A stretch of 64,000 nt of DNA. Origin: Alphaproteobacteria bacterium (GTDB lineage Bacteria; Pseudomonadota; Alphaproteobacteria; SP197). The position numbers were made by a program, and so were the translations under genes. Positions 17,890-28,426 of the stretch are shown here, in pieces. Position 1 is the stretch's first letter; every line of letters begins with the position of its first letter. The stretch is taken from assembly GCA_964291265.2 (NCBI GenBank), contig OZ219747.1, positions 1,248,001 through 1,312,000 on the forward strand. The letters are read 5' to 3'. The notes under the pieces were generated by a model, which had not been told where the DNA came from, ran no database searches, and saw nothing but the letters and a program-made list of their open reading frames with translations.

Positions 17890-20800
17890 GGGATGTCCCT
17901 TTCGCCGAGGAGCGTTTCGAGGGCATGTATCGTACTGTTGCGTCGCGGTGTCCACAGACCGCGTCTGAAGGCCTCGTGCAGGCGTCCGGCGATGTCGGTC
18001 AGGGCCTCGGGGTTGGCCCGGTCGAGAAATGCCCGGATTTCCGTGTTGTCCAGCCATGCATCGGCAATGGCATCGAAGTGGTGCCCGGGCACCGCGCCGG
18101 TCGTTGCGGCGAAGCCGAAGAGGTAGTCCACCGTGGCCGCCATTTCGAAGGCGCCCTTGTAACCGTGGCGCATTACCCCGGCGATCCACCTGGGGTTGAC
18201 GACACGGCCTCGCACGACGCGCGCGATCTCCTCCTTCAGCGTTGCAATTCGCGGGTTTTCGGGGCGCGAGTGATCGTTGTGGTAGACCGCCGGCTGCCGT
18301 CCCGAGACGCGCCGTACCGCCGCCGCAAGGCCGCCTTCGAACTGGTAGTAGTCGTCCGAATCGAGAAGGTCGTGTTCCCTGTTGTCCTGGTTGTGGATGA
18401 CGGCTTCGACATGCCGCAACCGGGTCTCGAGGAGAGAGTGTGCGGCCTCGCCTTCGGCGCCGGCGCCATAGGCAAACCCGCTCCATGCGACATAGGCCCG
18501 GGCAAGATCATCGCGCTCATCCCAACCACCTCCGTCGATCAGCGCCTGAAGACCGGCGCCGTAGGCGCCCGGCATCGACCCGAAGACCCTGGTGGCGGCA
18601 TGTTGGAAGGAGTTTTTCCCGGCGCCTGCTGTCTCGTCGCGCACCATCGCCGCCAGGGGGTTGACGTTCGCCGGTTCGTCGAGCTCTGCAACGGCGCGCG
18701 CGGCCGTGTCGACGAGGTCGATGAGGGAAGGGAAGGCATCGCGAAAGAAGCCGGATACCCTCAACGTGACATCGACACGGGGCCGTCCCAGCACCCCCGC
18801 GGGCATGATCTCGTAGCCAGTGACGCGACCGCTGACGGTATCCCAGGACGGCTGGACTCCCATCAGCGCCAGGGCCTGGGCGATGTCGTCGCCACCGGTC
18901 CTCATGGTGGCTGTCCCCCATGCCGACAGGGCCACGGCGCGCGGCCATTCACCGTGATCCTGGAGATGGCGCTCCACAAGCCGGTTGGCGGACATCCATC
19001 CCAGGCGCCAGGCGGCGGGCGTGGGCACCGATCGCGTGTCCACCGAATAGAAGTTCCGTCCCGTGGGAAGGACTTCCGGGCGGCCACGCGTCGGGGCGCC
19101 CGATGGTCCGGGTTCCACGAACGAGCCGTCGAGGCCGGCAAGCAGGCCGTTGATCTCGTGTGCGCCGCAGACCTGGAGCGCCGGGCGAAGCCGGTTTTCG
19201 ACATCGTCCATCACTCGCGCCGTCGAGGACCAGGATGGATCAGGGGAGATCGAGCCGTCGACGAGGGCAAGAGCGAGGCTCTCGAGGCGTTCCAGCGTGT
19301 CCCCGGTGGTCCGCCACGGCTTCGCGTCGAGTGCGGCGAGAACATCCGGCCTTCGACCCGACCATGGCACGGCCGGGGCCATGTCGAGAGGATCGAAGTC
19401 GAGCGCGAGATCATGAGCGAGTGCGCGCGTGATCGATTGCCCGGCGCCCCTTCCGTCCCCCCGGGGGGCTCGTGCCAGGGCGACGAGCGAGGAGTTGGCA
19501 AGGGAACCTTCAGGCGATCGTCCGAAGATGTGCAGGCCGTCCCTGATCTGCAGTTCCTTGATCTCGCAAAGGTGGCCATCGAGCTTGGTCAGCTTCGCCT
19601 CCATGTCATCGGCCCCGGTGATGCCGCAGTCTTCCTCGAGACCGCTGCTGGCAAGGAGTTCCAGGATGTCCGTCGCGATGACGTCAAGACGTCTGGGATC
19701 GATCTGCGAGGCTTCGTAGTATTCGTCAACAAGCCGTTCGAGCGTTTCGAGTTCTCCATAGGCGCCGGCCCTGGCAAGCGGTGGGGTGAGATGGTCCACG
19801 ATCACCGCGGAGGCGCGCCTCTTCGCCTGGGTGCCCTCCCCGGGATCGTTCACGATGAAGGGGTAGAGATGGGGAAGCGGGGCGAAGGCTGCCTCGGGAA
19901 AGCACGAGGATGACAAGGCCAGCGCCTTCCCCGGGAGCCACTCCAGGTTGCCATGCTTGCCAAGGTGGATCACCGCATGGGCATCGAAAGGCCCCGACAA
20001 CCACATGTAGAAGGCAAGATAGGCATGGGGCGGGACGAGGGCGGGATCGTGGTAGCTCGTGGCCGGGTCGATGTCGTAGCCTCGGGTGGGCTGGATGCCG
20101 ATCGCCAGATTGTCCCAGCGATGAACGCCAAGGTGGAAGAGGCCGTCTGAAACGAAGGGATCGGTCTCCGGTTCCCCCCAGCGCTGGAGGATTGTCTCGC
20201 GGACATCCATCGGCAGGGTCTCGAAGCGCTCATGGTAGATGTGAAGGGGGAGCGTGACGTCCGATCGCCGGGGCGTCGGGCCGGTCCTCCGGTTGGTTGG
20301 TCCCGCCATCAGTGTTTCGATGAGTTCGGCGCCGTCGAAGGGAACGCCATCCACGCGGTATCCGGCGCCCTTCATGGCCTCGACGATGGTGGCTGCCGAG
20401 GCCGGTGTGTCGAGTCCAACTCCGTTGGCGAGGCGTGAATCCCTGCCGGGGTAGTTGGCGAGAACGATGGCGACACGGCGTTTCCGGGGAGGCGTGCGTC
20501 GCAGGCGAACCCAGCTGGCAGCCAGCTTTGCGGTCCAGGCAACACGGTCGGCGACCGGCTGATGGATCACGGCATTGATCTCGGTTTCCGGAAGACGCGG
20601 TCCCGGGGACTTGAAGGAGATGGCGCGGGCGAGAATGCGTCCGTCGACCTCCGGCAGCGCCACGTTCATCGCGATGTCGCGAGGGGCAAGGCCGCGTGTG
20701 CGTGTCTGCCATGTGTCGAGGGGTTCACCGGAAAGGACGACCTGGAGAATCGGGCAATCGGCGTCATCGAAGGGTGAGGGACCTCGGTCGGCGCCCGGAC

Positions 20801-21617
20801 TCGAGACCGCGAAGCCGGTTGCGTTGACGATCACCGCTGGCCGGAAGGTGGCCAGCGATTCCTCGACAAGGACGGCTGCTGCCGGATCCTTGAGGCTCTG
20901 GCTGTAGAGGGGCAGGGAGTTGATCCCTTCCTTCGCCAGGGCACGCACAAGGGCATCGACCGGCCGTGTGTCGCCGGCCTGGACCAGGGCCCGGTAGAAG
21001 TGGACAAGCGCCACGTCCCGTCCGTCGTCGATCCAGTGTCCGGGGAACGCGTCGCCGGTGACGTCTCCCTCGCCTGGCCAGTAATATCCCGCCCGCGGAA
21101 ACATCACGGGCGGTTCGGCTACCCCGTCATGACCCGCGAGCGCCGCTGCATGCACGAGGACGTTGTCGGCATTGTCCCGGCCTCCGTGAATGAGGTAGCC
21201 CCACAACCGGTCATAGTCGGCATCGCCCACGGTCGAAAGACGGCGCAGCTCCCCGTCCTGCCGGTCATCTCCGGGCAACAGGGCAAGCGCGATTCCGTGC
21301 CGTCTGGCGGTGGCGGTGATTTCATCGATGCCGTAGCGCCAGTAGGAGGCGCCGCCAAGCAGGCGGACAATGACCACGCGCGCCGGCACGATGATCGCCT
21401 CGACGTAGGTGTCCACCGACAGGTGGTGTCCGAGCTGGAGAATGTTGGCAAGGCGCACCGCGGGAGAGCCCGCGGGCCGGCGGGCCGCGGCCGCCGCCAG
21501 CATGGCAAGTTCCGTGTCGGCAGCGGAAAGAACGATGATGTCCCCCGGGGTCTGGCCGAGATCGAGAGCTTCCGTACCATCCGGGACAACGCCCGGCTGC
21601 GTGGTCAGCAGGTGCAT
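17886..21617 (-). CDS. cobN: Cobaltochelatase subunit CobN
   Basis: 1243 aa; LSAADTEL, HLGKHGNLEWLPGK, LPTGRNFYSVD, MRHGYKGAFE. Confidence 0.97.
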   Translation of the reverse strand: MHLLTTQPGVVPDGTEALDLGQTPGDIIVLSAADTELAMLAAAAARRPAGSPAVRLANILQLGHHLSVDTYVEAIIVPARVVIVRLLGGASYWRYGIDEITATARRHGIALALLPGDDRQDGELRRLSTVGDADYDRLWGYLIHGGRDNADNVLVHAAALAGHDGVAEPPVMFPRAGYYWPGEGDVTGDAFPGHWIDDGRDVALVHFYRALVQAGDTRPVDALVRALAKEGINSLPLYSQSLKDPAAAVLVEESLATFRPAVIVNATGFAVSSPGADRGPSPFDDADCPILQVVLSGEPLDTWQTRTRGLAPRDIAMNVALPEVDGRILARAISFKSPGPRLPETEINAVIHQPVADRVAWTAKLAASWVRLRRTPPRKRRVAIVLANYPGRDSRLANGVGLDTPASAATIVEAMKGAGYRVDGVPFDGAELIETLMAGPTNRRTGPTPRRSDVTLPLHIYHERFETLPMDVRETILQRWGEPETDPFVSDGLFHLGVHRWDNLAIGIQPTRGYDIDPATSYHDPALVPPHAYLAFYMWLSGPFDAHAVIHLGKHGNLEWLPGKALALSSSCFPEAAFAPLPHLYPFIVNDPGEGTQAKRRASAVIVDHLTPPLARAGAYGELETLERLVDEYYEASQIDPRRLDVIATDILELLASSGLEEDCGITGADDMEAKLTKLDGHLCEIKELQIRDGLHIFGRSPEGSLANSSLVALARAPRGDGRGAGQSITRALAHDLALDFDPLDMAPAVPWSGRRPDVLAALDAKPWRTTGDTLERLESLALALVDGSISPDPSWSSTARVMDDVENRLRPALQVCGAHEINGLLAGLDGSFVEPGPSGAPTRGRPEVLPTGRNFYSVDTRSVPTPAAWRLGWMSANRLVERHLQDHGEWPRAVALSAWGTATMRTGGDDIAQALALMGVQPSWDTVSGRVTGYEIMPAGVLGRPRVDVTLRVSGFFRDAFPSLIDLVDTAARAVAELDEPANVNPLAAMVRDETAGAGKNSFQHAATRVFGSMPGAYGAGLQALIDGGGWDERDDLARAYVAWSGFAYGAGAEGEAAHSLLETRLRHVEAVIHNQDNREHDLLDSDDYYQFEGGLAAAVRRVSGRQPAVYHNDHSRPENPRIATLKEEIARVVRGRVVNPRWIAGVMRHGYKGAFEMAATVDYLFGFAATTGAVPGHHFDAIADAWLDNTEIRAFLDRANPEALTDIAGRLHEAFRRGLWTPRRNSTIHALETLLGERDIP

Positions 21618-22696
21618 CAGGTTGTCCGGCCACCAACGTCACTGGCGATGGCGTGCCGGTCCATGCCATTGAGACCGATCACGACAAGCTCGCTGCGCCT
21701 CTCCTCGTCCGGTTCCCAGGGCCGGTCATAATACCTCTCGATGCGTGGTCCCACGCCCTGGATGACGTGGCGCATGGGTTTGCCGGCAACATGGAGGAAG
21801 CCCTTGATGCGCAGGATGTCATGCTGCTCCACCGCCGCAGCCAGTGAACTCTCCAGGGCACCGGGATCCGTGATGCTGTCGAGAGCGATGGTGAAACTCG
21901 TGAAATCGTCGTGATCGTGATCGTCTTCCGCCCCGTCATGGTGGGAGGGACGGTTGGCCAGATCATCCTCCGCAGCGGCGCCGATGCCGAGCATGGCCAG
22001 GGGATCGACGGCACCTCCGGATGCGGCAATCACCCTGGTTCCGGGTCTGCGATGGGTGTCCACGGTCCGGCGCACCGCGCACAGCAGAGTGTCGTCGACA
22101 AGGTCCGTCTTGTTGAGGACGACCACGTCGGCACTCAGGACCTGTTCCTCGAACACCTCCGCGAGGGAGCTCTCGTGGTCAAGGCTGGCATCGTCGCGGC
22201 GCAGACGGTCGACAGCATCCGGGTCGTCGGCAAATCGACCGTCCGCCACGGCCCTTGCATCGATCACCGCGATGACGCCGTCGACGGTCACCCTTGTCTT
22301 CACCTCGGGCCAGGTGAAGGCCTTGATCAGGGGTTTGGGCAGGGCGAGTCCCGACGTTTCGATGATGATGTGCTCGGGGGGCAGGGAGCGCTCGATCAGT
22401 GTGCGCATCGTTGGCACAAAGTCATCGGCAACGGTGCAGCAGATGCAGCCGTTGGCGAGTTCGACGATGTCGTCGTCGGGACAGGACTCCAGTCCGCAGC
22501 CTCGGATCAGCTCCCGATCCACTCCGAGATCCCCGAACTCGTTGATGATGAAGGCGAGCCGGCGTCCGGTTGCGGCACCGGCCAGATGCCGGATCATGGT
22601 CGTCTTGCCGGATCCCAGGAAGCCGGTGAGGACGGTGGCAGGAATCTTGGCGGCAAACATGTCAGTACGGCGACGATGAGAAACGTGAGCGGACAT
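21617..22696 (-). CDS. cobW: Cobalamin biosynthesis GTPase CobW
   Basis: TGFLGSGKTT, ELANGCICCTVADDF, IETSGLALPKPL; start 22696 (RBS) or 22660. Confidence 0.95.
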   Translation of the reverse strand: MSAHVSHRRRTDMFAAKIPATVLTGFLGSGKTTMIRHLAGAATGRRLAFIINEFGDLGVDRELIRGCGLESCPDDDIVELANGCICCTVADDFVPTMRTLIERSLPPEHIIIETSGLALPKPLIKAFTWPEVKTRVTVDGVIAVIDARAVADGRFADDPDAVDRLRRDDASLDHESSLAEVFEEQVLSADVVVLNKTDLVDDTLLCAVRRTVDTHRRPGTRVIAASGGAVDPLAMLGIGAAAEDDLANRPSHHDGAEDDHDHDDFTSFTIALDSITDPGALESSLAAAVEQHDILRIKGFLHVAGKPMRHVIQGVGPRIERYYDRPWEPDEERRSELVVIGLNGMDRHAIASDVGGRTT

Positions 22697-22739
22697 CTGC
22701 CCCTCCCTCCGAGGTGTGCAGGCCTGTTGTGCCGGAACG

Positions 22740-22915
22740 GGTGAGATCTCCTGACTCCGGGTCATCGATCCAGGGACTCCTTCCCGGCACCACGTGCCAG
22801 TGGATGTCGTGTCCCGTGTCTCGCCGTTACAGTTGCGGGGGCAGTGCCGGCCTTGGATCCACCGATCCGCACCGGCTTCCCTCGCCTCGTTCCAGGAAGT
22901 CGAACCTAGCAGGCG
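22740..22915 (-). promoter_or_regulatory. Cobalamin (B12) riboswitch
   Basis: Minus strand AGGGAAGCCGGTG..CCGGCACTGCCCCCGCAACTGTAA..CCACTG..GGGAAG..GAGTCAGGAGA directly upstream of cobW. Confidence 0.92.
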
Positions 22916-22945
22916 TGCAGGGGCGGGACAAGCCGGAGCAGTCAA

Positions 22946-23563
22946 TCACCGTGGCGAACTCCCGGGTTGCGAAGCCGGAGTCGGGTTTTTTGCACTGTCC
23001 GCAGGCGGGCCCTTGAGTGTGAGGGGAAGACCGGCCGCCACGAAGATGACGCGTCCGGCCATGGCGCCGATGCGCTGGTGCATGGTTCCCGCCTCGTCGC
23101 GGAACATGCGGGCCAGGGCGTTCTCCGGAACGATTCCCATTCCCACTTCGTTGGACACGAGGACAACCTGGCCCTCGGCCCTGCCGAGTGCACGAAGAAG
23201 GTCGTCGACATCCCGCTGGGGAGAGCGTCCGGCTGCCATGACGTTGGCGAGCCACAGGGTCAGGCAGTCGACAAGCACGGCCCGGCTGGATGATGTCGCG
23301 TTGTCGAGAGCGTCTGCCAGGCGGAGGGGCGCCTCGACGGTCACCCATGCATCGCCGCGTCGGCGCCGGTGCCTGCGAATGCGTTCTGCCATCTCCGCAT
23401 CATGAGCTTCGGCAGTGGCGATGTAGCAGGTGGAAAGCCCGGTGGCCTCGACCTGACGTTCGGCAAACAGGCTCTTGCCGGAACGTGCACCACCGAGCAC
23501 CAGGCAGACACTGGAGTTGCCCTGGCAGGATGATGGCGTGTTGAGGTCCGATGCGTCCGACAT
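22946..23563 (-). CDS. cobU: Adenosylcobinamide kinase/guanylyltransferase CobU (CobP)
   Basis: LGGARSGKS, YIATA, LVDCLTLWL, VSNEVGMGIVP. Confidence 0.95.
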   Translation of the reverse strand: MSDASDLNTPSSCQGNSSVCLVLGGARSGKSLFAERQVEATGLSTCYIATAEAHDAEMAERIRRHRRRRGDAWVTVEAPLRLADALDNATSSSRAVLVDCLTLWLANVMAAGRSPQRDVDDLLRALGRAEGQVVLVSNEVGMGIVPENALARMFRDEAGTMHQRIGAMAGRVIFVAAGLPLTLKGPPADSAKNPTPASQPGSSPR

Positions 23564-23687
23564 ACGGGGATCACTTCAAGGTGGCTCGAAGGTGTTCAAT
23601 GGGCGAACCTCACAGTCCCTGTCAAACCGTCTTGCGGGAGACGTTGCCGGAGTGCCATCGTGACGGGAGCACACAGGAGAGTGCCCG

Positions 23688-24251
23688 ATGGCGGCAGCAG
23701 GTCTCGTCGAGATTGCACCCCCTTCATGGGATGTCACGCTTGATCTCGTTTACGGCCGGCCGGACAACTTCACGGGCAAGGTGATCTATGCCCGTCCTCG
23801 CTGTTTCCTCGTGGGCGCTGCGGCAACCTGTCTCGATCGCGCCATATCGTTCGCTGGCGAACAGGGACTGCGCCTTGTGGTGACCGATGCCTTCCGCCCC
23901 TCGGAGGCCCAGTGGAGTCTGTGGGACCATACGCCTGATGACAGATTCCTCACCCATCCCGAACGCGGCTCGCCCCACAGCCGTGGCGTGGCCGTCGACG
24001 TCACGCTCGAGTCCGCCGCTGGCGCGCGCCTTGACATGGGCGGGCCCGTTGACGACTTGACGGAGAACGCGCGTCACGATGCACCGGGCATCACGTCCGG
24101 GCAGCGAGCCAACCGGCTCCTGCTTCTTGGCATCATGACGGCGGCAGGGTTCGACTGGTACAATGTCGAGTGGTGGCATTATCAGTTGTTCGATTCGCGC
24201 CGCTGGCCGGTGCTGTCGGACAGCGAGGCCGGAACCGGCATCATGTCCTGA
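23688..24251 (+). CDS. ddpX: D-alanyl-D-alanine dipeptidase (VanX/DdpX, M15D)
   Basis: DNFTG, DAFRP, GSPHSRGVAVD, EWWHY. Confidence 0.9.
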   Translation: MAAAGLVEIAPPSWDVTLDLVYGRPDNFTGKVIYARPRCFLVGAAATCLDRAISFAGEQGLRLVVTDAFRPSEAQWSLWDHTPDDRFLTHPERGSPHSRGVAVDVTLESAAGARLDMGGPVDDLTENARHDAPGITSGQRANRLLLLGIMTAAGFDWYNVEWWHYQLFDSRRWPVLSDSEAGTGIMS

Positions 24252-24303
24252 CCGTTTCCGGCCGGTTGATCGTCTTGTGTGCTCAAGGCATGCGGAGACT
24301 GCC

Positions 24304-25359
24304 ATGCGATGTGTACGAATGCTCGCCCTGACGGGGATCATGTGGTGGGGCGCGATGGCATGCACGGGCGCCGTCGTGCCGCCGCTGCCGGTCATGGCGG
24401 ATGAACCGCAGTCCGCGGTGGTGGTCGTCTATCATCGGTTCGGCGACGACGCCTATCCCTCGACCAGCGTCACCATGGAACAATTCGAACAGCACCTCGC
24501 CATTCTCGAGGAGGGTGGATACCGGGTCCTGCCCCTCGACGAGATTGTCAGGGGCCTTGCAGGGGAACGCGAGCTTCCCGACAGGGCCGTCGCCATCACT
24601 GTCGATGACACCGACCGGTCCATCCTCACCGAGGCCATGCCGCGGTTGCTGGACCGGGGATTCCCCTTCACCGTCTTCATCAACACCGATGCGGTGAACA
24701 ACTCCCTGTCGTCGATCAGCTGGGATGATGTCCGGGCCATGCACGAGGCCGGAGTCGCCATCGGTGCCCAGAGTGCCGGTCATGGCCACATGGCGTTCAT
24801 GGACCGCGGCAGGGTCGAGGAAGACCTGGCGCGCATGACATCGGATTTCATCAATCAACTGGGGTTCGTGCCGAAGCTGTTCGCCTATCCCTACGGAGAA
24901 TTCAGTTCGGAACTGGCGGCCATGCTCCGCGATGTCGGCTACGACGCCGCCTTCGGCCAGCACTCCGGCGTTGCCGTCGAGGGGGCGGACATGTTCGCCC
25001 TGCCACGCTTTGCCCTCAACGAGCGCTTCGGCACACCGGAGAGGTTCAGCACCATCGTCGAGGCGCTTCCTCTTCCCGTCACGGGCTCTCTTCCGCTGGA
25101 CATGGTCATTCGCCACAACGGTTCCAACCCGCCCCACATCGGGTTCACGGTCGCCGACCATGTCGGCCCTCTCGACCGGCTGGCCTGTTTCCCGTCACAC
25201 GGCGAGGTCGTGCTTGAGACCCTCGGCAGGCGGGTCGAGGTGCGCCTCGACAGACCCCTCCCCCAGGGTCGCAATCGCATCAACTGCACCCTGCCGGCAA
25301 CCGAGGGGCGCTTTCGCTGGCTGGGCATACCGTTTCTCGTTCCAGGCGGTGAGGAGTGA
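24304..25359 (+). CDS. Exported polysaccharide deacetylase (CE4/NodB-like)
   Basis: YHRFG, AITVDD, FAYPYGE, LPRF; signal-like N-terminus; start uncertain. Confidence 0.85.
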   Translation: MRCVRMLALTGIMWWGAMACTGAVVPPLPVMADEPQSAVVVVYHRFGDDAYPSTSVTMEQFEQHLAILEEGGYRVLPLDEIVRGLAGERELPDRAVAITVDDTDRSILTEAMPRLLDRGFPFTVFINTDAVNNSLSSISWDDVRAMHEAGVAIGAQSAGHGHMAFMDRGRVEEDLARMTSDFINQLGFVPKLFAYPYGEFSSELAAMLRDVGYDAAFGQHSGVAVEGADMFALPRFALNERFGTPERFSTIVEALPLPVTGSLPLDMVIRHNGSNPPHIGFTVADHVGPLDRLACFPSHGEVVLETLGRRVEVRLDRPLPQGRNRINCTLPATEGRFRWLGIPFLVPGGEE

Positions 25360-25437
25360 GCGGGCCCGCCGTTCAAGGAAGTTCAACCGGCGGGACTGCG
25401 CGGTGATCTCAGCTTGAGCCCTGCTCCGGCGCCACGG

Positions 25438-25463
25438 CAGGGACGACCGGTCTCCCGTCCCTG
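25438..25463. terminator. Hairpin between convergent genes
   Basis: CAGGGACG-N10-CGTCCCTG; no U-tract. Confidence 0.3.
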
Positions 25464-25507
25464 GGCGAAGGGGGCGCTGTCGGGCGACGATGGTCCGCAG
25501 GCAGCGG

Positions 25508-26416
25508 TCAGGCAGTGAGGGCGACGAGGCGTGCGGTGTCGAAATCGGTCAGGCGGTTCTGGTCGATCACCGTGTGAACGTGGTTGATGTACTCCGGTTC
25601 CTCGGCATAGCGGTCGAGCATGCTGGCAAGGGCGTGACTGTCGAGGGGCTCACCGTTCTGCCGCAACCTGGCGCGCAGGTCGCGGAACGCTGCGTAGGCA
25701 GAGTGACAGTTGAGATTGTATGCATAGGCGGCCACTGCCGCCCTGAGATCGCGGAACGACCGGACCACGTAGGTCTTGTCGGGATCGCGGTTGCGGGGTA
25801 CGAGGCCGGCGTGGATGTTCCAGGCCTTCTGGCCGAAGACGGCATTGCCGTTGCGGGCGAATCGTGATGTTCCCCAACCGGATTCGATGGCTGACTGGGC
25901 CAGGGCCAGAGAAACCGGAACGACATCGACCCGATGAAGAAGTGCGCCGATGTCGCCGCTCTCGACCCCGTAGAGCGAAGCCATGGAATCGAGCCAGACC
26001 ACATCGTGAGGGGAAAGGGGGGCGCCAGTCCCGACCACCTGATCGAGATGTTCGAGACGGTGGCGTTCGGCGAGGATGTCCTCGTTGACCTTGAGGATCA
26101 GCGGCAACATGACCTTCAGGAAGATCTGCTTGCGCGCGGCGACATCGTCGATGAGGTGCATGTCGGCCGGCATGCGCTTCACCAGGATGCGGGGGACGGC
26201 AATGGCCTTAAGACGGATCTCGTCGAGCCTGAGGCCGGCCGTCGACAGCGCCGTGTCGAGGGAGGCGACGGCGCCACCAAGGTCCTGCACGACCGCAAGG
26301 GCGAGCGGACGCTCGGACGGGTGTGGCACCGTCGTGGCTGAGCCCTCGGACTCGGCGATGGCAGGGCTCGACGTCAGGAACGCAGCGCACACGCAGACTG
26401 TGGGGAAGAATCTCAT
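25508..26416 (-). CDS. Glucosaminidase-domain (GH73, Bax-like) protein
   Basis: RVDVVPVSLALAQSAIESGWGTSRFARNGNAVFGQ, YNLNCHSAY. Confidence 0.88.
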   Translation of the reverse strand: MRFFPTVCVCAAFLTSSPAIAESEGSATTVPHPSERPLALAVVQDLGGAVASLDTALSTAGLRLDEIRLKAIAVPRILVKRMPADMHLIDDVAARKQIFLKVMLPLILKVNEDILAERHRLEHLDQVVGTGAPLSPHDVVWLDSMASLYGVESGDIGALLHRVDVVPVSLALAQSAIESGWGTSRFARNGNAVFGQKAWNIHAGLVPRNRDPDKTYVVRSFRDLRAAVAAYAYNLNCHSAYAAFRDLRARLRQNGEPLDSHALASMLDRYAEEPEYINHVHTVIDQNRLTDFDTARLVALTA

Positions 26417-26473
26417 GGATTCTCAGACTTTCGCGAAGGCAAGGAAGATGAAGCAGGCCGACCCGGTGGTGAG

Positions 26474-27022
26474 CTAGAGAACCGGGCGGACCTCCACGAC
26501 ATCGGGGATGTAGTGCTTCAGGAGGTTCTCGATGCCCATCTTGAGGGTCATTGTCGAGCTTGGACAACCGTGACAGGCGCCCTGCATGGTGAGCGAGACG
26601 ACTCCGTTCCGGTATGAATGGAACACGATGTCGCCGCCGTCCTGGGCAACGGCGGGCCTCACCCTGGTATCGAGAAGTTCCTTGATCTGCGCCACGACCT
26701 CGCTGTCGGCCTCATCGCCCGCCGGTTCGTCCATGCGGACGGACATGACGGGAACGCCGGTCACGAAGTGCTCCATGATGACACCGAGGAGGACCGGCTT
26801 CATCATCTGCCAGTCGTTCTCCGGCGATCGTGTCACGGAGATGAAATCCCGGCCGAGAAACACGCCGGCCACACCGGCAACGTCAAAGAGACGACGAGCC
26901 AGTGGTGACACGCCGGCGGAATCGGAATCCGGAAAGTTTGCGGTTCCCGTGTCCATGACTGTCCTTCCGGGAAGGAACTTCATGGTCAGCGGATTGGGTG
27001 TGTCTTCTGTCTGGATGAACAC
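26474..27022 (-). CDS. NifU/Nfu-family Fe-S scaffold protein
   Basis: FIQTEDTPNP, VRPAVAQDGGDI, GACHGCPSS. Confidence 0.93.
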   Translation of the reverse strand: MFIQTEDTPNPLTMKFLPGRTVMDTGTANFPDSDSAGVSPLARRLFDVAGVAGVFLGRDFISVTRSPENDWQMMKPVLLGVIMEHFVTGVPVMSVRMDEPAGDEADSEVVAQIKELLDTRVRPAVAQDGGDIVFHSYRNGVVSLTMQGACHGCPSSTMTLKMGIENLLKHYIPDVVEVRPVL

Positions 27023-27159
27023 GGTTCGAGCCCGTTCTTGTGTTCCCTTGATCTGCATAGTGGCGAATTGCCCGCAGGATTGCAAGGCTGGGGGGCGCGA
27101 CCATCACTGCTTGCGCCTCCCGGGAGCCGGGATTGGGCCGAGCGCCGCCGGTCATGCTG

Positions 27160-27666
27160 TCACGTGATGTTGATGATGTCCTCGTCGGAGATGGTGCCCG
27201 GAATGATGACGAGCGGGATGGCAAGGCGCCCGGCGAGATGTCCGGCGAGCCAGGACACCAGCTTTCCGCGGCCTTCCGCAGGGTTCGAGCCGACGCACAG
27301 GAGGTCGATCATCGGGTCGTCATCGACCGCGCTCAGGATCTCGTCGCCAATGCGGCCCTCGCGCACGAGAAGTTCCGGCATCACGCCCGCCCAGGAGTTG
27401 ACATCCTGCGCGAGTTCGTTGAGCAGCGCCTCGGCGGCCTCGAGCTGCTCCTCGCGCATCATGTGCTCGACACCGGACCACTGCCTGAAATCCACCGGCT
27501 GCACGACGTGGAGAAGCGCCACCCTTCCATGGGTGTTCTTGGCCCGGCGGCAGGCATAGTGCACCGCCACCCGGCTCGGCGGCGAAGCATCGACGCAGAC
27601 CAGGAACTTGACCTGCCCGGCGACATGTCCGGGACGCTCGGCGTCCCTAGGTGTGGTTCCGCTCAT
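27160..27666 (-). CDS. Universal stress protein
   Basis: KFLVCVD, LLHVV, VREG, IPLVIIPG. Confidence 0.85.
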   Translation of the reverse strand: MSGTTPRDAERPGHVAGQVKFLVCVDASPPSRVAVHYACRRAKNTHGRVALLHVVQPVDFRQWSGVEHMMREEQLEAAEALLNELAQDVNSWAGVMPELLVREGRIGDEILSAVDDDPMIDLLCVGSNPAEGRGKLVSWLAGHLAGRLAIPLVIIPGTISDEDIINIT

Positions 27667-27688
27667 CGTGGTCCAGATTGTGCCACGA

Positions 27689-28426
27689 TCAGGTCCGCCG
27701 GAACAGCAGGTTGCCGGCGAGGCCGGCGATGACGGCAGCGACCACGGCGGCTACGCCGTAGAACTCGGACTCGCGATGGGCAAAGTTGTAGATCTCGGCG
27801 CCGAAGCCGGCCCTGGAGATGATCAGTGGTGACGATTGTGCCGCTACCACGTTGCCATCGCGTATCAGGAAAGTGTCCGCGGCATAGGTGCCCACGGGGA
27901 TGTCCGCCGGAAGGGCGATGGTGGCGCGGAACAGCCGGCCGCCGGCGAGGCTCACGGTGCTCGGCTCCACCGGGTAGAGCCCTTCCGACTGTTTCAGTTC
28001 GATCAGCGCCGCGCGGAATTCGTCGCGCACGAAGGGTTCCATGTCGGCAGGTTCGAGTCGCAGTCCGTCAATGCCGATCTCCATGACCCGGCGCATGTCG
28101 GCATCGACAATCTCTCCGAGCGGGCGTGTCGACGCGAGGCCGTAGAAGGCGGGAACGGACCTGAAGACAGCCGATTGTGCATTGATCCAGATGCCGAAGA
28201 CCGGCGCCTTCCTGCGGACCACCACCTCCTGGCGCGGTCCGCGAATGACAACCACGATGTCGCCCTCGCTCTCGATCGCTCCGAACACGAGGATCTCGGT
28301 TCCGGCAAAGTCGGCGGTAATGCCGATGGCATGGTGTGACAGACCCGCCATGACGTCCTGGGCGGTCGCCTTGCCGGGTTCGGCAGAGACCGCTGCCAGG
28401 AGCGCAAGGGCCGCCAGGCGTTTCAA
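27689..28426 (-). CDS. Conserved membrane protein (TIGR02186-like)
   Basis: ITADFAGTEILVFGA, VRRK..FGIWIN, LFRATIALP; TTG start overlapping the upstream gene. Confidence 0.8.
   Translation of the reverse strand: MKRLAALALLAAVSAEPGKATAQDVMAGLSHHAIGITADFAGTEILVFGAIESEGDIVVVIRGPRQEVVVRRKAPVFGIWINAQSAVFRSVPAFYGLASTRPLGEIVDADMRRVMEIGIDGLRLEPADMEPFVRDEFRAALIELKQSEGLYPVEPSTVSLAGGRLFRATIALPADIPVGTYAADTFLIRDGNVVAAQSSPLIISRAGFGAEIYNFAHRESEFYGVAAVVAAVIAGLAGNLLFRRT

Noticed and set aside
23688-24251. vanX as vancomycin resistance
   Set aside because: No vanH, vanA, vanR or vanS; a DdpX-type housekeeping role is more likely in a Gram-negative context
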